Source of the DNA: an uncultured Chromatiaceae bacterium
GTDB taxonomy: Bacteria > Pseudomonadota > Gammaproteobacteria > Steroidobacterales > GCA-2729495
Direction of reading: 5' to 3'
DNA: 24,000 bases
NCBI GenBank assembly: GCA_964398325.1
Contig: CAYNMF010000007.1
Span: 1 to 24,000 of the forward strand
In this document: positions 1-6,825 of the stretch, in pieces
Numbering within the stretch: the first letter of the stretch is position 1
Layout of the letters: the number at the start of each line of letters is the position of its first letter
The notes under the pieces: generated by a model
Seen by the model: only the letters and a program-made list of their open reading frames with translations
Databases searched by the model: none
What the model was told of the DNA's origin: nothing
Program-made: the position numbers and the translations under genes

Positions 1-220
1 CGTCGCTCTACCGTTCTAGGTCTGCGGTGAGCGGTTCGTCTAACCATCATTACGCCAGGACGTCGCACCAGTGGAAGGCCGAGTAGCCTATCGACAGCAG
101 AATCGGCCTGTTTTGACGGCGAGCCAGCTCCAGTGCCTTGTCACCCCAGGGGTGCCAATCGACCGGGTTGTCTGCGTGCTGGAGCAGGTAGGGGCTTGTT
201 TCATTCTTCAGTGCGTTCAT
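1..220 (-). pseudogene. Decayed N-terminal fragment of a DUF255/YyaL-type thioredoxin-domain protein; continues off the left edge
   Basis: Minus-strand ATG at 220-218 gives [56 protein letters not shown]. This matches the YyaL/DUF255 N-terminus ([18 protein letters not shown] ... SIGYS.CHWCHVMAHESFED). The first Cys of the CxxC motif is Phe. The frame hits TAA (52-50) and TGA (49-47) where homologs have His-Glu. It then continues in the same frame as WLDEPLTADLER, comparable to SFEDxxxAxxLN, before a TAG at 10-8. Confidence 0.55.
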
Positions 221-286
221 CGGCAGTGTGGTTATGTTTGGGTAAAAATCTTTCCAGAATCAGGTCAGACAGGATATTCTTTACGG

Positions 287-308
287 GGTTCGGTTGCCGA
301 ACTTTTTT
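287..308 (+). terminator. Intrinsic-terminator-like hairpin (GGTTCGG-TTG-CCGAACT followed by a T tract) just upstream of lgt
   Basis: Six Watson-Crick pairs (288-293 with 297-302) plus a G-T closing pair at 287/303, with a 3-nt loop at 294-296. The T6 run at 303-308 begins at that closing T. The loop is the TTG that starts the longest lgt ORF. There is no T tract on the opposite strand. Confidence 0.4.
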
Positions 309-329
309 CATATCGAGAGAATAAAAATT

Positions 330-1172
330 TTGCAATATCCTGATTTTGATCCGATTGCCCTGCAGCTGGGCCCGGTTGCGATTCACTGGTACGGTTTGAT
401 GTACCTGGTTGGGTTTGCGACAGCCTGGTATCTGCTGCACCGTCGCGCCGGTCAGCCCGGCTCAGTCGTGCCGGTCGACAAGGTCGATGACCTGCTGTTT
501 TATGGGGCTGTCGGTGTGATTGTCGGCGGTCGGCTCGGTTACATGCTGTTCTATAACTTCGGTCAGGTTCTCGAAGATCCGTTGAGCTTGCTCAGGGTCT
601 GGCAGGGCGGCATGTCGTTCCATGGCGGCTTCCTCGGTGTTGCAGTTGCCACGTGGCTTTTTGCCCGCAAGCTCGACTGCTCGTGGTGGCAGATTAACGA
701 TTTCGTCGCACCGGTGGCGCCTCTCGGATTGGGAGCCGGACGCATCGGTAATTTCATAAATGGTGAATTGTGGGGGAGGCCCGGCGATGTGCCGTGGGCG
801 ATGCAGATCGATTGCACGAACCCGCGCTTTTTCGACCTGTGCTTCGAGCAATTGAAACTACCGCCCGGTACGTTGACGACACCGCCGCTGCACCCGTCGC
901 CCCTGTACGAGGCTGCACTAGAGGGGTTTGTTTTATTCGCTATATTGTGGATTTTCTCGTCAAAGCCGCGTCCTTCGGGGGCCGTGACAGGTTTGTTTCT
1001 TCTCGGCTACGGGCTGTCACGATCCGCTGTCGAAATGGTGCGAATGCCTGATTCTCAAATAGATTATCTCGCGTTCGGCTGGGTTACGATGGGACACGTG
1101 TTAACCCTTCCGATGATCATCGGTGGCGTACTATTATTATGGCTGACGTATCGCCGTCGATCCGGGGCCTGA
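330..1172 (+). CDS. lgt: Phosphatidylglycerol--prolipoprotein diacylglyceryl transferase
   Basis: Full-length similarity to E. coli and Pseudomonas Lgt ([65 protein letters not shown]). I set the start at TTG 330 (MQYPDFDP), which gives the same N-terminal length as Pseudomonas Lgt and has GAGAGA upstream. The longest ORF starts at TTG 294, inside a hairpin loop; that start remains possible. Confidence 0.93.
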   Translation: MQYPDFDPIALQLGPVAIHWYGLMYLVGFATAWYLLHRRAGQPGSVVPVDKVDDLLFYGAVGVIVGGRLGYMLFYNFGQVLEDPLSLLRVWQGGMSFHGGFLGVAVATWLFARKLDCSWWQINDFVAPVAPLGLGAGRIGNFINGELWGRPGDVPWAMQIDCTNPRFFDLCFEQLKLPPGTLTTPPLHPSPLYEAALEGFVLFAILWIFSSKPRPSGAVTGLFLLGYGLSRSAVEMVRMPDSQIDYLAFGWVTMGHVLTLPMIIGGVLLLWLTYRRRSGA

Positions 1173-1213
1173 TCGGGTTGTTTTATATTGAATTGATGGG
1201 GGAGTAAGGGAAC

Positions 1214-2008
1214 TTGCGGCAATATCTTGACCTGATGCAACGCGTGCTGGATGGCGGCGCACAAAAGAATGACCGGACCGGAACCGGCACGCTGAGTGTA
1301 TTCGGCCATCAAATGCGTTTTGATTTGAGCGGCGGATTTCCACTGGTCACAACGAAGAAAATCCATACGCGCTCGATCATCCATGAATTGTTGTGGTTTC
1401 TGAAAGGCGACACGAATATCGCTTATCTGAACGAGAATAACGTGACAATCTGGGATGAATGGGCCGGTCCCAACGGCGACCTTGGTCCGGTCTATGGCGC
1501 ACAATGGCGCTCATGGCCCACTCCGACGGGTGAAGTGGTTGACCAGATCAGCCAGGTTGTCGATGCGCTGAGGCGTGATCCCGATTCGCGCCGGATTATC
1601 GTGAGCGCCTGGAATGTCGCAGAACTTAACCGGATGGCATTGGCGCCGTGTCATTGCCTGTTCCAGTTCCATGTGGCCGACGGCTATCTGTCGTGTCAGT
1701 TGTATCAACGTAGTGCGGATATTTTTCTTGGTGTGCCGTTTAATATTGCGTCCTATGCATTGTTGACGCATATGGTTGCGCAACAGACCGATCTGAAAGT
1801 CGGCGATTTCATCTGGACGGGCGGCGACTGCCACTTGTACCTGAATCATCTCGACCAGGCCCGCGAGCAACTCAAACGTGAACCGCTGCAATTACCACGA
1901 CTGGCATTGCAGCGCCGTCCGGTTGATTTATTCGACTATTCTTTTGCTGACATCGAGATCGTTGGGTATGAGTCGCATCCGCATATCAAGGCTGCGGTTG
2001 CGATTTAG
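1214..2008 (+). CDS. thyA: Thymidylate synthase (ThyA type)
   Basis: 264 aa, collinear with E. coli ThyA ([82 protein letters not shown], ends AAVAI). TTG start with GGGGGAG upstream. The lgt-thyA adjacency matches E. coli. Confidence 0.97.
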   Translation: MRQYLDLMQRVLDGGAQKNDRTGTGTLSVFGHQMRFDLSGGFPLVTTKKIHTRSIIHELLWFLKGDTNIAYLNENNVTIWDEWAGPNGDLGPVYGAQWRSWPTPTGEVVDQISQVVDALRRDPDSRRIIVSAWNVAELNRMALAPCHCLFQFHVADGYLSCQLYQRSADIFLGVPFNIASYALLTHMVAQQTDLKVGDFIWTGGDCHLYLNHLDQAREQLKREPLQLPRLALQRRPVDLFDYSFADIEIVGYESHPHIKAAVAI

Positions 2009-2039
2009 TGGGGGTTCTTTCTTGGCGCTTTCCCTGGGC

Positions 2040-2148
2040 GGTTTTTTCCAGCCTTTATGGGTCGGAAACGCGCCTGAGTTCTCTCAGCTCTATTTGAGTG
2101 GGGGGAGAGGCGCTGAATGTTTCCGACCCATAAAGCCTGGAAAAAACC
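2040..2148. repeat. Module 1 hairpin: 30-bp stem with a 49-nt loop
   Basis: 2040-2069 (GGTTTTTTCCAGCCTTTATGGGTCGGAAAC) pairs with 2119-2148 at 29 of 30 positions; the single C-C mismatch is at 2052/2136. The loop has its own pairing: GCGCCT at 2070-2075 with AGGCGC at 2108-2113, plus a CTGAG/CTCAG mini-hairpin. Confidence 0.85.
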
Positions 2149-2252
2149 TGAACAGTCCCGTGGCGCCCGATTGATTGTTATCCCTGTGTCATCCAGTTAC
2201 CGGGCCGCTTCGCATTTATCACTGTCCGCCTGCGTACCCCGAACACGTCCAA

Positions 2253-2367
2253 GGTCTTTTCCGTCACCGGTCCGCTCGGAGACCGTGGGCCGCCATGGAC
2301 GGCGGCCCCGAGCCCACATGGATGTGTTCACGGCGTGTCTCCGAGCGGACCGGTGACGGAAAAGACC
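2253..2367. repeat. Module 2 hairpin: 31-bp perfect stem with a 53-nt loop
   Basis: 2253-2283 (GGTCTTTTCCGTCACCGGTCCGCTCGGAGAC) pairs perfectly with 2337-2367. The loop contains an internal GGGCCGCC/GGCGGCCC hairpin around 2287-2308. Confidence 0.85.
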
Positions 2368-2439
2368 GCCCAGGGAAAGCGCCAAGAAAAAACCACAACA
2401 AAGCTCCCTACCAGCAAGAGAAGCTGATAAACACTCCCC

Positions 2440-3243
2440 CTAAACCGCTGCAACACTAATGATCTTGACCGGCCCATCAACCCGCACGGCCGTCAATTCG
2501 CGTCCCCAGACGCAGCCGGTATCGATCATCAGTACGTCTGGTCTCAGCAACAGGCCGAGCGCCGACCAGTGACCGCAGACGATGCGCACTGATTGGCTGG
2601 CCCGATCGGGCATGTCGAACCATGGTGTGAGTGGTGTCGTGGTTTCACCGGGCGGTCCCTTCTGCACAAAATCCAGTGTCCCGTCCGGGTGGCAGAAACG
2701 GATTCGGGTCAGACAGTTGAGGATGAATCTCAGTCGTTCGATGCCGGTCAGTTCTGTTGACCAACGGGCGGGTTCATCACCGTACATTGTGCGGAAAAAT
2801 GCTGTGTAGTCTTCACTACGCAGAGTTTGCTCGACTTCGTGGGCCAGTTTTACAGTAGTCAGCGGATCCCAGGTCGGAGCGATTCCGGCATGGACCATCA
2901 GGGTGTTCAGATCGGGTCGGTAGAGTGCAAGTGGCCGATGTCGCAGCCAGTGCAGTAGTTCGTCGGCATCATCGGCAGCGAGAATCGGGCGAAGCAGGTC
3001 ATCTACCCGGTCAGGGTGTTCGCGAGCTGCAAGCAGGTGCAGATCGTGGTTGCCTAGTACAACGGTGGATGAATCTTCCAGTCCACGCACAAATCGCAAC
3101 ACATCGAGTGAACGTGGACCGCGGTTGACGAGATCGCCGACAAACCACAGTTCGTCACGACTCGGGTCGAACCTGAGTCTGTCAATGAGGCGATTGAGCT
3201 CCTCGTAGCAGCCCTGAATATCGCCGATTGCGTAAATGGCCAT
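2440..3243 (-). CDS. apaH: Bis(5'-nucleosyl)-tetraphosphatase, symmetrical (diadenosine tetraphosphatase)
   Basis: 267 aa, collinear with E. coli ApaH (MAIYAIGDIQGCYEEL, GDLVNRGPRSLDVLRFV, VLGNHDLHLLA, GHWSALG). The ATG overlaps the apaG stop (TAATG). Confidence 0.96.
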   Translation of the reverse strand: MAIYAIGDIQGCYEELNRLIDRLRFDPSRDELWFVGDLVNRGPRSLDVLRFVRGLEDSSTVVLGNHDLHLLAAREHPDRVDDLLRPILAADDADELLHWLRHRPLALYRPDLNTLMVHAGIAPTWDPLTTVKLAHEVEQTLRSEDYTAFFRTMYGDEPARWSTELTGIERLRFILNCLTRIRFCHPDGTLDFVQKGPPGETTTPLTPWFDMPDRASQSVRIVCGHWSALGLLLRPDVLMIDTGCVWGRELTAVRVDGPVKIISVAAV

Positions 3244-3617
3244 TAATTGAGTATGCCGGGAACAGCAAGTCTGAAGATGGGGATTGACGCCGAGAATGGC
3301 TCACCGTCGCCGTCCACCATGCCATAACTGCCTTCCATCGTGCCGACCGGCGTCTCGATGATAGACAAGCTTGAATAGCGGTGGTATTCACCAGGTCTGA
3401 TGCGAGGTTGTTCTCCGACGACCCCGTCGCCCCGAACTTCCCTGACCTTACCGCTCGCATCCGTGATCAGCCAGCGCCGGGTCAGCAGTTGTACCGGAAG
3501 TTTGCCGGTATTGCGGATCGTGATGGTGTAGGCAAATACATATCGCTTATCTTCAGTATTTGATTGATCCGCAAGGTAATTTGCCTCGACACCAATCTGG
3601 ATGGATTGTGTGCTCAT
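3243..3617 (-). CDS. apaG: ApaG (DUF525) protein
   Basis: 124 aa with typical ApaG motifs (FAYTITIRNTG, RRWLITDASGKVREVRGDGVVGEQP, TPVGTMEGSY). It sits in the conserved position between rsmA and apaH. Confidence 0.95.
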   Translation of the reverse strand: MSTQSIQIGVEANYLADQSNTEDKRYVFAYTITIRNTGKLPVQLLTRRWLITDASGKVREVRGDGVVGEQPRIRPGEYHRYSSLSIIETPVGTMEGSYGMVDGDGEPFSASIPIFRLAVPGILN

Positions 3618-3644
3618 GCCTGATCTTAACCCGTGTAGCGTTGT

Positions 3645-4430
3645 CTATAGCGTAGTGGCGTACAAGTTGCCGAGCGTAATGAATTCTTCGACGGTCAATC
3701 GTTCGGCACGGATCCCCGGATCAATGCCGACAGATTCGATTTCGTCGGCAGTCAGCAGTTCACCCAGCGCGTTGCTCAGTTGTTTGCGGCGTTGGCCGAA
3801 GGCGTGTTTGACAAGGCGGTCGAAAGCATCTGGCCGGTTGATTCGTTTTCGCTTCGACGCGTCAGGACGCAGACAGATAAGGGACGAGTCGACGCGGGGC
3901 GGCGGTGTAAATGAGCCGGGCTTGATGTGGAACAGTGTTTCGATTTCACACCTCGCTGCTATCGCGACGCCAAGACGCCCGTAGGTTCGGCTACCGGGTC
4001 GTGCCGCAATACGTTGTGCCACTTCTTTTTGCAGCATGACGTGAATATCAGCAAATAATTCATCATAGCCGAGAATATGAAATAGCAGCGGTGTCGAGAT
4101 GTTGTAGGGCAGGTTGCCGGCCAGCCGTAATGGAGCGTTTTTCGGTTGCAGCGTGGCAAAGTCAAAGTTGAGCGCGTCAGCCTGGTGGACCACCAGTTTC
4201 GACGACGCGATTATGCCCGGAAGAGCGGCAGCAAGGTCGCGATCAATCTCGATGGCATCCAGGGATTCAACAGATTTGATCAGCAACCGTGTCATCGCAC
4301 CACGCCCGGGGCCGATTTCGACGAAATGTTGACCGGGTTCCGGATGAATCGCCCTGATGATCTTGTCGAGAATGTTCCGATCATGCAAAAAGTGCTGGCC
4401 AAATCGCTTGCGCGGATGGTTGCTGTTCAT
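3645..4430 (-). CDS. rsmA: 16S rRNA (adenine1518/1519-N6)-dimethyltransferase
   Basis: 261 aa with KsgA/RsmA motifs: KRFGQHFLHD, the SAM-binding VEIGPGRGAMT, and GNLPYNISTPLLFH. Confidence 0.96.
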   Translation of the reverse strand: MNSNHPRKRFGQHFLHDRNILDKIIRAIHPEPGQHFVEIGPGRGAMTRLLIKSVESLDAIEIDRDLAAALPGIIASSKLVVHQADALNFDFATLQPKNAPLRLAGNLPYNISTPLLFHILGYDELFADIHVMLQKEVAQRIAARPGSRTYGRLGVAIAARCEIETLFHIKPGSFTPPPRVDSSLICLRPDASKRKRINRPDAFDRLVKHAFGQRRKQLSNALGELLTADEIESVGIDPGIRAERLTVEEFITLGNLYATTL

Positions 4431-4443
4431 AACCGGTCGGAAT

Positions 4444-5439
4444 TCATCGAGAGACTCTGGCCGATATCTCTATGGCCAGGGCAAGCGCCGCGCGCATGCT
4501 GCCGGGATCGGCAAGCCCGGTGCCGGCCAGCGCCAGCGCCGTACCATGATCGACAGAGGTGCGAATGATGGGTAAACCAAGCGTGACGTTGACGGCATTA
4601 CCGAAGCCCTGGTTTTTCAGAACCGGCAGGCCCTGATCGTGGTACATCGCCAGTATGGCATCGGCCTGCGACAGGTGTATCGGAGTAAATGCTGTGTCGG
4701 CCGGCAACGGGCCGACCGGCTGGTATCCGGCGGCGGTCAGTTCGGTGAGCGCCGGTTTGATGATCTCGATTTCTTCTTTTCCGAGGTGTCCTGCTTCACC
4801 GGCATGCGGATTCAGGCCGAGTACGATGATGCGAGGAGATTCGACACCAAAACGATCCGCAAGGCCATTGTGCAATAGCCTGAAGACGTGCTGAATCCGC
4901 TCACCTGTGATTGCTGCCGGGACATCCTTCAAAGCCAGGTGTGTCGTCACAAGCGCGACACGCAGCGTGTCGGCGACAAGCAACATAACCGGTTGTGGAC
5001 TGTCGGTTCGATCGGCTAGAAACTCTGTATGGCCCGAGAACGGGATGTGGGCATCATTGATGACCCCCTTGTTGACCGGGGCAGTGACCATGGCCGAAAA
5101 TTCACCACGCTGGCATCCATCGCAGGCGCGGCTCAGGGTGGCGATGACATATTCGGCATTTGCCGGATCAAGTCGGGTCGTTTCGCACGGTGCGCGCAGT
5201 GTTTCATTGGCGACGATCAGTTGACCGGGCGGGCTCTGGGTTGCTGGCGCCTGCGCGTCATAGGCAAGAAGCCTGATTTTTTTTCCGAGTAGCCTGGCCC
5301 GATCCGCGATCAGGTCCGGGTCCGCAATGACGACCAGTTCGACCGGCCACGCCTGCTCGGCGAGTGCGATGACTACGTCCGGTCCGATACCGGACGGTTC
5401 GCCGGCTGTAATTGCTATGCGTGCAGGTGGAGATTTCAC
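4444..5439 (-). CDS. pdxA: 4-hydroxythreonine-4-phosphate dehydrogenase
   Basis: 331 aa, collinear with E. coli PdxA (IAITAGEPSGIGPD, GHTEFLA, LNPHAGEAGHLGKEE, AMYHDQGLPVLK, IIRTSVDHGTA). GTG start. Confidence 0.95.
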   Translation of the reverse strand: MKSPPARIAITAGEPSGIGPDVVIALAEQAWPVELVVIADPDLIADRARLLGKKIRLLAYDAQAPATQSPPGQLIVANETLRAPCETTRLDPANAEYVIATLSRACDGCQRGEFSAMVTAPVNKGVINDAHIPFSGHTEFLADRTDSPQPVMLLVADTLRVALVTTHLALKDVPAAITGERIQHVFRLLHNGLADRFGVESPRIIVLGLNPHAGEAGHLGKEEIEIIKPALTELTAAGYQPVGPLPADTAFTPIHLSQADAILAMYHDQGLPVLKNQGFGNAVNVTLGLPIIRTSVDHGTALALAGTGLADPGSMRAALALAIEISARVSR

Positions 5440-5473
5440 GGCAGATCAGAATGCCGTCCGGATGGCATTGAGG

Positions 5474-6775
5474 TTAGAGTTTGTATTCAACGAACGCCTG
5501 ATCACGCAGACGCCTTGCCCATAATTCGGTTTCTTCTTCGAGTTTGCTATTGCGGATGGCCATGATCGCTTCTCGTCGCTCAACTTCTTCAGTCATATCC
5601 TGCACGCGGCGGTCGAGTACCTGGACGATATGCCAGCCGAAGGGTGATTTGAAAGGCTCACTGATTTTGTCTATGTCGAGTGCATCGCAGGCAGCCTGAA
5701 ATTCCGGTACAAAAATGCCCGGCCCGTTCCAGCCGAGATCGCCACCGTTCACGGCCGAGCCCGGATCCTCTGACATGACGGTTGCGACGGCTGCAAAATC
5801 ATCGCCTTCTTCGACCTGTAGGCGGATTTCCTGCAGTTTCTGTCGCACCGCATCATCATCGAGTACCTCATTTGTCTTGATCAGGATGTGACGTACATGT
5901 GTCTGGTTTTGCATGACCGGGTCCGTGCCGCGCCGCTCGTCGAGCCGGACGAGGTGAAAGCCGCTGGCGCTGCGCGCCGGTTCGCTGATTTGCCCGGGTT
6001 TGAGTCCCGGCACTAGAGCGGCAAAAAGTGTCGGCAGTTCATTGCCGTGCCGCCAACCCAGATCTCCGCCCTTTAGCGCATCTTGTGCATCGGAAGTCTC
6101 GATCGCGAGATCATAAAATGACTCACCGTTACGCGCTCGCTTGAGGATCAGCAATGTCTTTTGCTCCGCAGCAGCTATATCCTCCGCCGAGGCTTCGGTT
6201 GGAACCGAAACAAGAATATGGGAAAGTCTGAACTCCTCATTTTGGGCTGCATGACCGGCTTGCCGGTCCATGTATTCGTCGAGTTCGCGTGGCGAGACGT
6301 TAATTCGCGCGATGACGTCGCGCTGGCGTAATTGATCGGTTGCGAGTTGTTCGCGCATCTCGTTGCGAAAACTGGAGTATTCAATACCCTGTCCGGCAAG
6401 CAATGCCGGCAGTTCCGATAATGTCGTACCGTTGCGCCCGGCGATATTAGTCAAAGCGAGGTTCAGGGCTTCATCAGAAATTCGGATTCCAAGGCGCTCG
6501 GCCTTCTGTAACTGGATGCGTTTGGTGATCAGTCGTTCGAGAACTTGCGGTGCAAGCGTGCTGGTCGGCGGGAGCTGTGTGCCTTGTGCCTTCAGTCGTT
6601 CGAGAATTCGTGCCATTTCCAGGTCAACCTCGCTCTTGAGCACGATACCATCGTTAACGATTGCAGCGATGCCGTCGAGCAGTTCGCCCGTGCTGCTGAG
6701 GTCCAGCGTCTGTGCGAACAATGATGCCGAATGAAGTAAACAGACGGCCAATAGAAAATGGCGTAAACGAAACAT
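5474..6775 (-). CDS. surA: Periplasmic chaperone / peptidyl-prolyl isomerase SurA
   Basis: 433 aa with an N-terminal signal peptide (MFRLRHFLLAVCLLHSASLFAQ), a SurA N-domain and two parvulin-like domains (RLSHILV...GGDLGW and VRHILIKT...GGDLGW). The lptD-surA-pdxA order is conserved. Confidence 0.95.
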   Translation of the reverse strand: MFRLRHFLLAVCLLHSASLFAQTLDLSSTGELLDGIAAIVNDGIVLKSEVDLEMARILERLKAQGTQLPPTSTLAPQVLERLITKRIQLQKAERLGIRISDEALNLALTNIAGRNGTTLSELPALLAGQGIEYSSFRNEMREQLATDQLRQRDVIARINVSPRELDEYMDRQAGHAAQNEEFRLSHILVSVPTEASAEDIAAAEQKTLLILKRARNGESFYDLAIETSDAQDALKGGDLGWRHGNELPTLFAALVPGLKPGQISEPARSASGFHLVRLDERRGTDPVMQNQTHVRHILIKTNEVLDDDAVRQKLQEIRLQVEEGDDFAAVATVMSEDPGSAVNGGDLGWNGPGIFVPEFQAACDALDIDKISEPFKSPFGWHIVQVLDRRVQDMTEEVERREAIMAIRNSKLEEETELWARRLRDQAFVEYKL

Positions 6776-6825
6776 CGATAAGCTCTATAATTTCTGTGGA
6801 GGATAACCAGCCTGCTAGCAGCCTG

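Larger units (their letters stand above)
2011..2396. repeat. Composite nested inverted-repeat element (MITE-like or structured-RNA-like) in the thyA/apaH convergent gap
   Basis: The 39-nt termini at 2011-2049 and 2358-2396 are reverse complements, with 2 mismatches and 1 G-T. They enclose two long hairpins (2040-2148 and 2253-2367) and a 104-nt spacer (2149-2252). Confidence 0.8.

Noticed and set aside
71-440. Short ORFs in the lgt upstream region (71-343 +, 133-324 +, 201-440 -)
   Set aside because: They overlap the DUF255 pseudogene in antisense or the lgt start region. They have no motifs and no ribosome-binding sites.
2117-2356. 79-aa basic ORF inside the palindromic element, preceded by an SD-like GGGGGAGAGG
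   Set aside because: It is Arg/Pro/Ser-rich with no motif and runs through hairpin arms. The apparent SD is part of the module 1 loop pairing. Each module also opens a TTG-ALSLGG(F/L)F reading frame (from 2022 on the + strand and 2385 on the - strand). The two peptides share only the 8 residues encoded by the conserved 39-nt terminus, so conservation is at the nucleotide and structure level, not the protein level.
2011-2396. Retron msr/msd, integron attC, CRISPR repeat, or transposon-guide RNA interpretation of the structured element
   Set aside because: No reverse transcriptase, integrase, cas, TnpB/IscB or IS110-type gene is present anywhere in the 24 kb. There is no repeat-spacer periodicity, and the attC R/L core sites (GTTRRRY at the outer ends) are not evident. 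I therefore report it only as an orphan palindromic or structured element.
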